This document shows positions 36,559 through 46,435 of a stretch of DNA of 64,000 nt, piece after piece. How positions within the stretch are numbered: the stretch's first letter is position 1; each line of letters starts with the position of its first letter. The translations under genes were made by a program, and so were the position numbers. The DNA is taken from the NCBI GenBank assembly GCA_900290365.1, contig OMOE01000167.1, forward strand, positions 6,305-70,304, written 5' to 3'. The DNA is from Syntrophobacter sp. SbD1. Lineage in GTDB: Bacteria; Desulfobacterota; Syntrophobacteria; Syntrophobacterales; Syntrophobacteraceae. The notes below the pieces were generated by a model. It saw only the letters and a program-made list of their open reading frames with translations. It made no database searches and was not told the DNA's origin.

Positions 36559-37278
36559 TTACCCCAGATAAGCTTTTTGAATCTCCGGATTTTGGGAAAG
36601 CGCCTGTGATTGACCTTCAAGCACAATTTTCCCGGCTTCAAGAACATAAGCGCGATGAGAGTACTTTAAAGCAATCCTTGCGTTTTGTTCCACTACTAAA
36701 AACGTGGTGCCGCTCTCATTGAGTTCTTTGAGCGCACGAAAAAGAACGGTCATAAGAAGAGGCGAGAGCCCCATTGAAGGCTCGTCGAGCAAGACGAACC
36801 GGACGCCGCTCATCAAGGCGCGGCCGATTGCGAGCATCTGCTGCTCCCCGCCGCTCAGCAGGTCCCCGCGCTGAGACCTGCGGTCGGCCAGGCGGGGGAA
36901 GAGCGCAAAAACACGTTCGAAGTCCCTTTGCATCTGCTCGCGGTCATTTCTTGAAAATGTCGCCAGCTTGAGGTTTTCAAAGACGGTCAGGTTTCCGAAA
37001 ATATGTCTGCCTTCCGGCACAAGCCCGATTCCATGCCTGGAGACCAGGATATGTGCAGGGATGGGAAGAAGACTGAGTCCGTCTAATTTTATGCTGCCGC
37101 TGCTTACCCGGGGCCCTTCGGGAGGCGGAAGGCGCATGATGCTCATAAGAGCGGTCGATTTGCCTGCGCCGTTGGCGCCAAGCAAAGCGACTATCTCGCC
37201 CTTGTTGACACTAAAGGATATCCCGTGCAGAGCCTCTATATTTCCGTACTTTACATGAAGATCAGATACCTCGAGCAT
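36559..37278 (-). CDS. livF: Branched-chain amino acid ABC transporter ATP-binding protein
   Basis: GANGAGKST, LSGGEQQMLAIGRAL, LLDEPSMGLSP. Confidence 0.9.
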   Translation of the reverse strand: MLEVSDLHVKYGNIEALHGISFSVNKGEIVALLGANGAGKSTALMSIMRLPPPEGPRVSSGSIKLDGLSLLPIPAHILVSRHGIGLVPEGRHIFGNLTVFENLKLATFSRNDREQMQRDFERVFALFPRLADRRSQRGDLLSGGEQQMLAIGRALMSGVRFVLLDEPSMGLSPLLMTVLFRALKELNESGTTFLVVEQNARIALKYSHRAYVLEAGKIVLEGQSQALSQNPEIQKAYLG

Positions 37279-38050
37279 GGCCCGGTTCTTCTCCTCCAAG
37301 ATAAGCCTCGATTACGCGGGGGTCCCGTCTTATTTCATCGGGTGTGCCCTCGGCGATCGTCTGGCCGAAATCGAGCACTTTCATGTTCCCGCACACGCTC
37401 ATTACCACCCGCATGTGATGTTCTATCAAAAGAATTGTCAACTTGAATTCGTCTCGAATCCAGCGGATCGTTTCTATCAACTGGCCGATGTCGCCCGGGT
37501 TCATTCCGGCGGCCGGCTCATCGAGCAGAAGGAGCCTGGGCCGAAGCGACAGCGCGCGGCCTATTTCCACACGCCGCTGAAGTCCGTAGGGCAGATTTTT
37601 TGGGAATTCGAGGGCATAGTGCCCAAGCCCGAGCAGATCGATCAGTTCTTCAGCCCTCTTTTTCACCCGCCGCTCGCCTGTTACGAATTTTTCGGTGCGC
37701 AGAACCGAGTGCAAAAACCCGTAACCGAGCTGATGATGCTGGGAGACGCAAAGGTTTTCGAAAACACTCAAGCTGTTCCAAAGGCGGATATTCTGAAATG
37801 TGCGCGCTATTCCCCGGGAGGTGACCTGGTGTGGCCGCAGGCCTGTTATGTCGAGGTCCAGAAAACTGATTCGACCTTCCGAAGGACGGTAGAAGCCGCT
37901 CACAAGGTTGAATATAGTGGTCTTGCCGGCGCCGTTCGGGCCTATCAGCCCCATCAGCTCTCCACCCTGAAGGGTCAGGCTGAAATTACATACGGCCCTT
38001 AGACCTCCGAAAAAGTGCGTTACGTTATCTAGTTCAAGAAGAGCCATCAC
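37262..38050 (-). CDS. livG: Branched-chain amino acid ABC transporter ATP-binding protein
   Basis: GPNGAGKTT, LPYGLQRRVEIGRAL, LLLDEPAAGM, and a C-terminal LivG-type extension. Confidence 0.9.
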   Translation of the reverse strand: MMALLELDNVTHFFGGLRAVCNFSLTLQGGELMGLIGPNGAGKTTIFNLVSGFYRPSEGRISFLDLDITGLRPHQVTSRGIARTFQNIRLWNSLSVFENLCVSQHHQLGYGFLHSVLRTEKFVTGERRVKKRAEELIDLLGLGHYALEFPKNLPYGLQRRVEIGRALSLRPRLLLLDEPAAGMNPGDIGQLIETIRWIRDEFKLTILLIEHHMRVVMSVCGNMKVLDFGQTIAEGTPDEIRRDPRVIEAYLGGEEPGHARGI

Positions 38051-38084
38051 AAATCCAAGGCAAAAGGCAAAGACAAATAAATCT

Positions 38085-38167
38085 CACCACAGAGACACAG
38101 AGGACACGGAGAAAAATTGTAGCTTTTTTCTTTATTTTTAATCCTGTAAATCCTGTTAATCCTGTCC
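38085..38167. repeat. Word-repeat module inside the livM-livG spacer
   Basis: caccacagagacacagaggacacggagaa ... taatcctgtaaatcctgttaatcctgtcc. Confidence 0.8.
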
Positions 38168-38187
38168 AAATCTTTGGCGAATCGCTT

Positions 38188-39201
38188 TTAATCTTTTTGC
38201 CTTATTTTTAACAGCTTCGGGAAAATATCGGGCAGTTCCCGATGTCCCATTATTCCCTCCGGCCGGAAAAACATCAGGAGGATGAGCAGAAGGGGCACCA
38301 CCACCCATTTTATGATGCCAAGCGGCCTGAATGCCTCAAGGGCAAGCGTAATGACGATCGCGCTGATCACCGAGCCGCTCAATGATCCCATTCCGCCGAG
38401 ATAAACCATTACCAGCACTTCAGTCGATTTCATAATGGTGAAAGTTCCGGGATTTATATAACCCAGCACGTGCGCGAAGAGTCCCCCGGCTATTCCGGCC
38501 AACCCTGACGAAAGCATGAAAGCCGTTATTTTCATATGCTGCGTGTTTATGCTCATGATCTCAGCCGCAATCTCGTCATCCCTTAACGCAATGATGCCTT
38601 TGCCGTAGGTGGAATTTACCAGCCGATGAATTATCCACACAGTAACGCCAACGCATATGAAGACCCAAATCATGGTCCAGGGGAGATTGACGACCGCCTG
38701 CATCGCATCGATCACGTTGCGCATGCCCATGAAGCCCCGTGCGCCTCCAATCGGCTGAATATTTTCCACCGAGCTTTTGACAATATAGTTAACCGCGAGG
38801 GTAATGATCGCCAGGTAGTCGCCCCTGGTCCTGAAAGAAGGCACCGCTACGAGCAGGCCGGCAAGCGCAGCAGCGGCCCCGCCGGCGGCCAGAGTAACCG
38901 GAAAGAGAAAAATTGCGCTGGAAGGTGAGAGCAGAGGCGGTCCGAAAACCGAGCTGGTGGTGAAGAGCATTACGTTGAGTATGGAGGCAACATAGGCTCC
39001 GACGGCCATGAACCCGGCATGTCCCACCGAGAATTCCCCCATGTAGCCGTTTACGATGTTTAACGAAGCAGACAGGATTATGTTTATCCCGACATACATT
39101 ATAACGAGTTGAACGTAGGCGTTCAAAACGCCGAGCTTGGATGCGGCGACGGCCAAGGTGCAAATTATCGTATAAGATAGAAGGTACCCATATTTGCGCA
39201 A
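38188..39201 (-). CDS. livM: Branched-chain amino acid ABC transporter permease
   Basis: Polytopic; typical LivM layout. TTG start with an AAGGA RBS. Confidence 0.85.
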   Translation of the reverse strand: MRKYGYLLSYTIICTLAVAASKLGVLNAYVQLVIMYVGINIILSASLNIVNGYMGEFSVGHAGFMAVGAYVASILNVMLFTTSSVFGPPLLSPSSAIFLFPVTLAAGGAAAALAGLLVAVPSFRTRGDYLAIITLAVNYIVKSSVENIQPIGGARGFMGMRNVIDAMQAVVNLPWTMIWVFICVGVTVWIIHRLVNSTYGKGIIALRDDEIAAEIMSINTQHMKITAFMLSSGLAGIAGGLFAHVLGYINPGTFTIMKSTEVLVMVYLGGMGSLSGSVISAIVITLALEAFRPLGIIKWVVVPLLLILLMFFRPEGIMGHRELPDIFPKLLKIRQKD

Positions 39202-39223
39202 TTGAAAATCCTTGGTACCTATT

Positions 39224-39390
39224 CACCTCCGGCCCAGAAGCACTGCCGGGGCAGGCTGCGAGGCACAGGGCGCAGAGAAAAGGGAATGGGCATGCAGGAA
39301 AAACCTTAAGCAAAAAGGGATCTGGCTTTTAGTTTTTCTTAATCCTGTAAATCCTGTTAATCCTGTCTAAGCACTTCTCTGTGTCTCCGT
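39224..39390. repeat. Word-repeat modules inside the livH-livM spacer
   Basis: A ~54-nt block at 39224-39277 is homologous to 40357-40411. taatcctgtaaatcctgttaatcctgtc lies at 39340-39367, followed by ttctctgtgtctccgtggtg. Confidence 0.8.
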
Positions 39391-39402
39391 GGTGAATGTT
39401 TA

Positions 39403-40359
39403 CTAGATCTTTGTGACCCTTGCCACGCCGAAAATCCCTGTGGGCTTTATACTTAGGAACAACAACAGAATGCTGAAAGCAATCAGATCGCGCAAGGTCG
39501 ATGGAAAGAAGGCCGCGACGAAAATTTCGACGAACCCGAGGAGAAATCCCCCCGCAATGGCGCCGCGTATTTCACCGATTCCTCCCAGGACGGCCGCAAT
39601 GAAAGCCTTCCAGCCTACGAGCGCCCCCATATAGGGATCGAGTACCGGATAGGCGGTGGCGAAGAGCACCCCGGCAAGGGCAGCCAGCGAAGAGCCCAGG
39701 ACAAAGGTGAAAACGATGACCGTATCCAGTGGAATACCCATCAGCGGCACCGCCATCCTGTCATAGGAGATAGCCCGCATAGCCATTCCGATCCTGGTCC
39801 TGCGAACGAGTGTTTCGAGCAAAACGAAGATGATCACCGTCGTGAGGATCACCAGTACTTTAACGTTGGTGAAAGTTACTCCTCCAATTGTATAGGCGGT
39901 ATTTGAAAGAAGCTGGGGAAAGCTGCGCCGGCTCGCTCCAAAAATGGCCAGATTGCCGTTTTCAAGGATAAGCCCGCACATAAGGGCCGTAATTACAACA
40001 TAGAGGCGCGATGCGCCCTTGCGCCGAAGCGGGCGGTAGGCAACCCGCTCGAGGGCTACTCCAACCCCCGATGTAATAATCATGGTGGCCATCACGGTCA
40101 GGCCGAAAATCAGCGCCGAAGGCAACCCGGGCGAAATCCACGCATACCGGCCAAGCAAAAGAGAAGCTATGAAAAAGCCGATATATGCCCCCACCATGAA
40201 TATGTCGCCATGGGCGAAATTGATCAGGAGCAATACCCCGTAGACCATCGTGTAACCCAGGGCTATCAAGGCGTAAAAGCTCCCCCACTGCAGGGCGTTA
40301 AGCAGATCCTGGAGAAATGTTTCTAAGAGCAAGCAACGGTTCCCTTCCAAACAGTTCAC
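39403..40359 (-). CDS. livH: Branched-chain amino acid ABC transporter permease
   Basis: FLQDLLNALQWGSFYALIALGYTMVYG signature. The true start is probably TTG 40332 (GGAAGGGA RBS). Confidence 0.85.
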   Translation of the reverse strand: MNCLEGNRCLLLETFLQDLLNALQWGSFYALIALGYTMVYGVLLLINFAHGDIFMVGAYIGFFIASLLLGRYAWISPGLPSALIFGLTVMATMIITSGVGVALERVAYRPLRRKGASRLYVVITALMCGLILENGNLAIFGASRRSFPQLLSNTAYTIGGVTFTNVKVLVILTTVIIFVLLETLVRRTRIGMAMRAISYDRMAVPLMGIPLDTVIVFTFVLGSSLAALAGVLFATAYPVLDPYMGALVGWKAFIAAVLGGIGEIRGAIAGGFLLGFVEIFVAAFFPSTLRDLIAFSILLLFLSIKPTGIFGVARVTKI

Positions 40360-40360
40360 C

Positions 40361-40630
40361 CCCGGCCCAAAAGAACTGCCGGGGCAGGCTGCGAGGCGCA
40401 GAGGGCACGGAGAAACACAGCCTACATTAAAAGACTAAAAGCGATTTATCCGATCGACAACTCCCACGCAATCCGGCTATTCCTTCGAAGGGCCACGGTT
40501 GATGTTGAGATGACACAGATTTTCACAGATTATTTTTATTTACTTATGCTTCTATCTGCGCTTATCTGAGTCATCTGTGGATAAAATAGATTCTTCTGCT
40601 CTGTGACCTCTGTGCCTCCGTGGTAATCGC
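40361..40630. repeat. Word-repeat modules inside the livJ-livH spacer
   Basis: ccggcccaaaagaactgccggggcaggctgcgaggcgcagag, cacagattttcacagatt, ctgcgcttatctgagtcatctgtgg and ctctgtgacctctgtgcctccgtgg. Confidence 0.75.
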
Positions 40631-40638
40631 TTCTATCC

Positions 40639-41808
40639 TCAGGGACAGATCGACCTATACCATTCAAATTCTTCCTTGTCGCTGATCTTGACTATCACAG
40701 CGCACTTGGCGGGGTTTCCCCCCTGGGAGAAGGTCATCTTGCCGGTAATCCCTTCGAAATCTTTTACCCTGGTGAGCTGGTCCTTAACGGCCTCCCGGTC
40801 CTTTTCAATATTTCCGCTCAGTGCGCCGGTATTGCTGATTGCCAGGCACATCAGGTTTATCGCGTCCCAGGTAAGGGCGGCTACGTCATCGGGAACATAG
40901 CCGTATTTGGCTTTGTACTTGTCGATGAATTCCCGGGTTGCCCCCTTTGCGCCGGCAGCGGCATAATGAGTGCTGAAATAAGACCCGATGCATGCGTCAC
41001 CGCAAAGGGTCATCAGTTCGGCCGATCCCCAACTGTCGCTTCCAAGTATAGGCTTATTCCACCCAAGTTCCCGAGCCTGTCTTACAATGAGCGGCACTTC
41101 ATCATAATACTGTGGCGTAAAAAGAATATCGGCATCGGATTTGGATATCTTGGTCAACTGAGCGCTAAAATCCTTGTCGCCGTGAGTGAAGGTTTCGAAC
41201 GCAACGACCGAACCGGGCCCGTTGATCTTCTCGAAAGCCTCTTTGAAGAACTCGGCAAGCCCCTTGGGGTAGTCGCTCGAGATGTCGTAGAGAACCGCCG
41301 CCTTTTTGGCATTGAATTCCGCAGCTGCGAATTTCGCTACAACCGGTCCCTGGAAAGCATCCAGGAAACATGCCCTGAAAACGTAAGGCCTGTTTTCGGT
41401 TGTCTGGGGATTGGTCGACCAGGGCGAGATCATGGGGGTCTTATTTGCGTTGCAGACTTCGCCTGCGGGTATCGCCTGCTTGCTCGCCTGGGGACCGATG
41501 ATTCCGATCACCTCGTCCTGGGCGATCAGCTTGAGCGCGGCGGCCACAGCGGATTCCGCCTTGGACTCGTTGTCTTCATAAATGAACTCGAGCCTGTACG
41601 TCTTGCCGCCAACCTTGAGCCCACCAGCCTCATTGATTTCCGCGATCCGGATTTGCGCGGCATATTTGGAAGATTCACCTACTTTGGGAATGTCTCCGGT
41701 CATTGGAATATTAAAGCCTATCTTGATGGTATCGGCGCTCCAGGCCGTAGGCATAACCATGAGGGCCGCAACAAGAACCAGCTCCGCAACAAAGATCGGT
41801 CTACGCAT
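40639..41808 (-). CDS. livJ: Branched-chain amino acid ABC transporter substrate-binding protein
   Basis: Signal peptide; IKIGFNIPMTGD and GIIGPQAS type-I PBP motifs. Confidence 0.88.
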   Translation of the reverse strand: MRRPIFVAELVLVAALMVMPTAWSADTIKIGFNIPMTGDIPKVGESSKYAAQIRIAEINEAGGLKVGGKTYRLEFIYEDNESKAESAVAAALKLIAQDEVIGIIGPQASKQAIPAGEVCNANKTPMISPWSTNPQTTENRPYVFRACFLDAFQGPVVAKFAAAEFNAKKAAVLYDISSDYPKGLAEFFKEAFEKINGPGSVVAFETFTHGDKDFSAQLTKISKSDADILFTPQYYDEVPLIVRQARELGWNKPILGSDSWGSAELMTLCGDACIGSYFSTHYAAAGAKGATREFIDKYKAKYGYVPDDVAALTWDAINLMCLAISNTGALSGNIEKDREAVKDQLTRVKDFEGITGKMTFSQGGNPAKCAVIVKISDKEEFEWYRSICP

Positions 41809-41973
41809 GCTACTTCCCTTTCTAGATCAATAGTGTAGTCATACTTTCACCGGTCATGTAAGGTCACCTGCGGGGGATTTGCCTTGCCGCCGCCGAAGGC
41901 AGCGGCAAACCTGGCTGGCGGTCCCACCGCCATCGCTGTTTACCGCACAACGGGAAAGGCTGTCAATCGGCAA

Positions 41974-42174
41974 CTATCTGTCTTCTCTCGTGTGCCATAC
42001 GCGTAACATATAGATTGTCGATCCCTGGATTTCTTGTCGCATCTCGTAATGTCCCACGATTATACTGCGAACTTCGCGCGGCTCAAATTCGTGAAGTTTC
42101 CTGCCGATGCGAGGGTACTCAAGGAGGCGGAGCGGGGCTGTGGCCAACGCTTGAACGATGCGAGCCGCCGCATG
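41974..42174 (-). pseudogene. ParE/RelE-family toxin remnant (C-terminal ~65 codons, no start codon)
   Basis: Minus strand reads AAARIVQALATAPLRLLEYPRIGRKLHEFEPREVRSIIVGHYEMRQEIQGSTIYMLRVWHTREDR*, preceded in frame by a TAA. Confidence 0.55.
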
Positions 42175-42210
42175 TTATTAAATCTGATTATTTCAAATGG
42201 GAAAGCCACT

Positions 42211-42283
42211 TAGCGAGGCTCAGAATCGAACTGAGGACACGAGGATTTTCACTCCGGTCGAGACCCCGGTCCTGCTCGGCCAC
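42211..42283 (-). pseudogene. tRNA-Ser-like remnant (D-arm and T-arm words present, no acceptor pairing)
   Basis: Minus strand reads GTGGCCGAGCAGG..CCGGGGTCTCGACCGG..CCTCAGTTCGATTCTGAGCCTCGCTA. The 5' acceptor complement is absent and the anticodon loop is malformed. Confidence 0.3.
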
Positions 42284-42431
42284 TGTGGGGTTGGACGAGG
42301 AAATTGGAAAGGGCTACAACGCAGTGGCAGGGACGGTGATTCCCCACCGCCCCTGCGTCACTTCATTCATGCGGAATTAGGAATTCGTTCTTCATTCCTA
42401 ATTCGTAATTCTTAATTCCTAATTGCCCTTC

Positions 42432-44123
42432 CTAGTACATATCATCCATGCCGCCCATGCCACCCATTCCACCCATACCGCCCATGCCGCCCATTCCTCC
42501 CATGCCACCCATACCGCCTCCGGGGGGCATCATTGAGGAACCTTTCTTCTTGGGCTTTTCAGCGATGATGGCTTCGGTTGTGAGAAGCAGCGATGCGACG
42601 CTTGCAGCATTCTGGAGGGCGAACCGCACCACCTTGGTGGGGTCTATAACGCCTGCTTCCACCAAGTCGCCGTATTCATCGGTTTCCGCATTGTAGCCGT
42701 ATGATCCCTGGCCTGCCTTTACCTTCTCGACGACAACCGAACCTTCGCGGCCTGCATTGTCTGCGATCTGGCGGATCGGCGCCTCGAGCGCACGCTTTAC
42801 AATGTTGAGGCCAAAGCGTTCCTCGCCTTCGAAGTTCAACTTTTCGAGCGCCGCTACGCAGCGCAGAAGGGCAACGCCTCCGCCCGGGACAATTCCTTCT
42901 TCCACGGCGGCCCTGGTAGCATTGAGCGCATCTTCGACGCGCGCTTTCTTTTCCTTCATCTCGGTTTCGGTGGCAGCGCCGACCTTTATCACCGCAACTC
43001 CGCCGACCAGCTTCGCAAGTCTTTCCTGAAGTTTTTCACGGTCGTAATCCGAGGTCGTCTCTTCTACCTGGGCGCGAAGCTGCTTCACACGGCCTTCTAT
43101 AGCGTCGCGGGAACCCGCTCCGTCTACGATTGTCGTGTTGTCTTTGGTGATGTTGATGCGCTTGGCCGAACCCAGGTCCTTCAATGTAATGCTTTCGAGC
43201 TTGATGCCGATGTCTTCGGAGACTACCTTGCCGCCGGTAAGAATAGCGATATCTTCAAGCATTGCCTTGCGCCGGTCGCCAAACCCGGGGGCCTTAACGG
43301 CGCTCACCTTCAAGGTTCCCCTCAGCTTGTTTACCACCAGGGTCGCCAGGGCTTCGCCATCCACGTCTTCTGACAGTATCAGAAGCGGCCGCGCCATTTT
43401 TGCGATCTGTTCGAGGATGGGCAGTATGTCTTTCATGTTGCTGATCTTCTTTTCATTGATCAGGATCAGGGGTTCTTCGAGAACCACTTCCATCCGCTCG
43501 GCATCGGTCACAAAATAGGGAGAAATGTAGCCGCGGTCGAACTGCATGCCCTCAACGATATCAAGGGTCGTTTCCATGCTCTTGGCTTCTTCGACCGTGA
43601 TGACGCCTTCCTTGCCAACCCTGTTCATGGCTTCGGCAATAATGTCGCCTATAGTGGCGTCATTGTTGGCGCTTATCTTTCCGACCTGGGCAATCTCTTT
43701 TTGGTCCTTAGTCGGTTTGCTGAGCCTTTTGAGTTCCTCGACGACTGCTGCAACCGATTTTTCGATTCCGCGTTTGAGGCCCATCGGGTTGTGTCCGGCG
43801 CTCACCAGTTTCGCGCCTTCGTGAAAAATGGATTGCGCGAGGATCGTGGCGGTAGTTGTGCCGTCGCCTGCGACGTCAGAGGTTTTGCTCGCCACTTCTT
43901 TAACCATCTGGGCGCCCATGTTTTCGAACTTGTCCTCCAGTTCGATTTCCTTTGCGACCGTTACCCCGTCCTTGGTGATAGTGGGCGATCCCCAGGATTT
44001 TTCCAGCACCACGTTGCGCCCTCTCGGGCCAAGGGTCACCTTGACCGCATTGGCCAGGATGTCAACTCCCTTCAATAGTTTGTCTCTTGCCTTAACATCA
44101 TATTTGATTTCTTTAGCCGACAT
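42432..44123 (-). CDS. groL: Chaperonin GroEL (Cpn60) with an extended GGM tail
   Basis: [39 protein letters not shown]..., DGTTTATIL, and a C-terminal (GGM)x8. Confidence 0.98.
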   Translation of the reverse strand: MSAKEIKYDVKARDKLLKGVDILANAVKVTLGPRGRNVVLEKSWGSPTITKDGVTVAKEIELEDKFENMGAQMVKEVASKTSDVAGDGTTTATILAQSIFHEGAKLVSAGHNPMGLKRGIEKSVAAVVEELKRLSKPTKDQKEIAQVGKISANNDATIGDIIAEAMNRVGKEGVITVEEAKSMETTLDIVEGMQFDRGYISPYFVTDAERMEVVLEEPLILINEKKISNMKDILPILEQIAKMARPLLILSEDVDGEALATLVVNKLRGTLKVSAVKAPGFGDRRKAMLEDIAILTGGKVVSEDIGIKLESITLKDLGSAKRINITKDNTTIVDGAGSRDAIEGRVKQLRAQVEETTSDYDREKLQERLAKLVGGVAVIKVGAATETEMKEKKARVEDALNATRAAVEEGIVPGGGVALLRCVAALEKLNFEGEERFGLNIVKRALEAPIRQIADNAGREGSVVVEKVKAGQGSYGYNAETDEYGDLVEAGVIDPTKVVRFALQNAASVASLLLTTEAIIAEKPKKKGSSMMPPGGGMGGMGGMGGMGGMGGMGGMGGMDDMY

Positions 44124-44138
44124 CTGTTCGATCTCCTT

Positions 44139-44426
44139 TTATTCCAGAATCCCAAGTATATCGTCCTCACGCATCACCAGATAATCTTCATCTCCGAGCT
44201 TGATCTCGGTGCCGCCGTACTTGTTGAAGATCACCCGGTCACCCGGCTTTACCTGCAACGGGCTGATTGTGCCGTCTTTGAGGATAATTCCGGTCCCCAC
44301 GGCAATAACCTTGCCCTGCTGTGGTTTTTCCTTGGCGGTATCCGGAATGATGATGCCTCCGGCGCTCTTTTCCTGTTCCTCGAGACGCTGAACGATGACT
44401 TTGTCGTGAAGCGGTTTGTACGCCAT
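44139..44426 (-). CDS. groS: Co-chaperonin GroES (Cpn10)
   Basis: [44 protein letters not shown]. The upstream part of the listed ORF is leader sequence. Confidence 0.97.
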   Translation of the reverse strand: MAYKPLHDKVIVQRLEEQEKSAGGIIIPDTAKEKPQQGKVIAVGTGIILKDGTISPLQVKPGDRVIFNKYGGTEIKLGDEDYLVMREDDILGILE

Positions 44427-44484
44427 ACTGCTATACTCCTTGATTGTTTTTGGTGGTTTACCTGAGACGAATCCGGACACAATA

Positions 44485-44511
44485 CTAGCACTCTTTTTCA
44501 CTGAGTGCTAA
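44485..44511 (-). promoter_or_regulatory. CIRCE operator (HrcA binding site) of groESL
   Basis: Minus strand reads TTAGCACTC-AGTGAAAAA-GAGTGCTAg, against the consensus TTAGCACTC-N9-GAGTGCTAA. Confidence 0.9.
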
Positions 44512-44691
44512 TCAATATAAAACGAAGAGTGAAAAAATCAAGGGATAAAAGAGAAATAGGGGGATTGAGGGATTGAGGGAAGGGGGTGCAGGCCACCCAT
44601 TTCGTCAGATGAACCGCAGCCTCGCGAACGAATCGCAGGATTTCGCGAGTTGTCGATCGGTGAATTGCCGCATAACTCCGTTTATAGGCGC

Positions 44692-44719
44692 TTGACGCTA
44701 TTAGCGCACTGCGCTAATA
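44692..44719 (+). promoter_or_regulatory. Sigma-70-like promoter with an overlapping palindromic operator
   Basis: TTGACG-16 nt-TAATAC. The perfect palindrome TTAGCGCA-C-TGCGCTAA (44701-44717) spans the spacer and the -10 element. Confidence 0.5.
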
Positions 44720-44747
44720 CGATTACCGTTAGAAAGGGGCAAGAGCC

Positions 44748-44849
44748 ATGATCGAAGAAAAAATGGCCCCGATGCACCCCGGTGAAGTTCTGAAAGAGGA
44801 CTTCCTGGACCCTATGGGAATGAGCTGGAAAAGTTGGAACAGGAAGTGA
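44748..44849 (+). pseudogene. HigA-type antitoxin remnant with an internal deletion of the HTH
   Basis: MIEEKMAPMHPGEVLKEDFLDPMGMS is the HigA N-terminus. It then joins out of frame to a C-terminal-like ELEKLEQEVKIRTAA*. Confidence 0.45.
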
Positions 44850-44965
44850 AGATACGCACAGCAGCTTAAAGGAACCGGGCCGGTCTTGCAGAAAAGAAGA
44901 CGGTGCCGAAAACTGGAAGCTTGCAGATCACAACATTGTGAAACTAACTAATTGTTCTTGATTCT

Positions 44966-45628
44966 ATGTCGAAGCTCTTATACCAATTGCCCCAAAATGC
45001 CCTCCGCTGTTTTAAGGGTTATAATCTGTGTTGGCATTTTTTGGCCGTAGTTCTTACGTACATCATTGTATCTTCCGGTTTTGATTGGTATTATTTCATC
45101 TCTACCCGAACCCCGGCGCTGAGGGCCTTTCTTTTTCCGGCTGTCGTGCTCGGTATGATTTTGCCGGTTGTTGTTCCATTGATCCTGTTGGCAATCGGCG
45201 CTTTAGGAAAAACTCTCAAAATCAAAATCACCGCCTTCACCTTGGGACAGGCCGCCATTTTGGGCCTGGCTATCTCATCCTTCTACAAAGCTTTTACAGG
45301 CAGGATTCCACCTCCCCATTTCTTTAGCTATGGTGCGCTCATAGACAGCAGCCACGGATTCCGCTTCGGTTTATTGCGTGGTGGAATGTTTTGGGGTTGG
45401 CCCTCTTCACACACCACCGTTGCGTTCGCCATGGCTGTTGCGCTTTGGGAGTTATATCCTGAAAACAGGCTTGTTCGATACGCAGCCGTCTCATACGCCT
45501 TTTATGTTGGAATTGGTGTCTCGATTACAATCCATTGGTTCTCCGAATTCGTAGCCGGCGCCATCATCGGTTCACTAATCGGAGCGGTCGTTGGAAGAAG
45601 CTTCGCAGGTGAGTGGGTGAGTAGGTGA
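44966..45628 (+). CDS. PAP2-family (type 2 phosphatidic acid phosphatase-like) membrane phosphatase
   Basis: KAFTGRIPP (KX6RP), WPSSHT (PSGH) and SITIHWFSEFVAG (SRX5HX3D-like) in order. Confidence 0.75.
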   Translation: MSKLLYQLPQNALRCFKGYNLCWHFLAVVLTYIIVSSGFDWYYFISTRTPALRAFLFPAVVLGMILPVVVPLILLAIGALGKTLKIKITAFTLGQAAILGLAISSFYKAFTGRIPPPHFFSYGALIDSSHGFRFGLLRGGMFWGWPSSHTTVAFAMAVALWELYPENRLVRYAAVSYAFYVGIGVSITIHWFSEFVAGAIIGSLIGAVVGRSFAGEWVSR

Positions 45629-45679
45629 ATCTCAAGAACCACACCATCAGTTTCCAGGGAGCGTCTCATCCTAATGGAT

Positions 45680-46330
45680 TCATTCGAAATTCCTAATTGC
45701 CCCTCTAAGGGCTCGCACAGCCTCCGCAATATCCGCCGCCTGTGAGATTGCCGTGACCACGGCAACCTTTCGCGCCCCGTTGGCCAGGACCTCATTTATA
45801 TTGGTTTCCTTTATTCCGCCCATCACTGTAAACGGGATTCGCAGACCGGGGGCTATCTGCGAGATCGCCTCGGGGCCGAGGAAGTACTTGACGCCCTCTT
45901 TGGTTCCGGTCGGGAAAATCGGTCCGATATTAACGTAATCAGCCCCTTCATCCTGAGCTCGGAGGGCCTCTTCGAGGTTGTGCGAGGATGCGCCGATCAG
46001 TAGATCGGGGGCGATCTTTTTTGCAGCCGGAACAGGAAAGTCCTCCTGCCCGAGGTGCACTCCGTCGGCGCCAACGGCTATGGCCACATCCACCCTATCA
46101 TTTATGATGAGCATTATGCCGGCCTTTGCCGTGCGCTCCCTGAAAATTTGGGCCAGCATATAGAAGTCCCTCTCGCACAGGTCTTTTTCCCTGAGCTGAA
46201 CGATTCTAGCCCCGCCTTCGATCAGGCCGTCGAGTACTTCAATATCGGAGCGGCCCATGGAAAGCTTCTCGCAGGTGACCGGATAGATGTCGACGGCTTC
46301 GAAACGTGATTTTCTTTCATCTCTTGTCAT
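45680..46330 (-). CDS. thiE: Thiamine-phosphate synthase
   Basis: IVQLREKD, INDRVDVAIAVGADGVHLGQED, GASSH, ADYVNIGPIFPT, MGGI. ATG at 46330. Confidence 0.9.
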   Translation of the reverse strand: MTRDERKSRFEAVDIYPVTCEKLSMGRSDIEVLDGLIEGGARIVQLREKDLCERDFYMLAQIFRERTAKAGIMLIINDRVDVAIAVGADGVHLGQEDFPVPAAKKIAPDLLIGASSHNLEEALRAQDEGADYVNIGPIFPTGTKEGVKYFLGPEAISQIAPGLRIPFTVMGGIKETNINEVLANGARKVAVVTAISQAADIAEAVRALRGAIRNFE

Positions 46331-46435
46331 AAAAATACCCGCTGTTCTTTTGTAGCAAGGGGAGGGCTTTATGCCCTCCCGGAGCACCCGATTTGAACGC
46401 AACTTTGATTTAAAAGTTGAGTTTTTCCTTATTTC

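Noticed and set aside
42211-42283. Possible functional tRNA (Ser or Sec) between livJ and groEL.
   Set aside because: The D-arm and T-arm words are present. However, the 7 nt after the T-arm (cctcgct) have no complementary 5' acceptor strand, the D-arm is shortened, and the anticodon loop would be 8 nt. I kept it only as a remnant.
42432-42530. GGM-coding triplet repeat at the 3' end of groEL, as a possible anomaly or contingency locus.
   Set aside because: A Gly-Gly-Met C-terminal tail is a normal GroEL feature. It is longer than in E. coli here, but in frame and made of varied codons.
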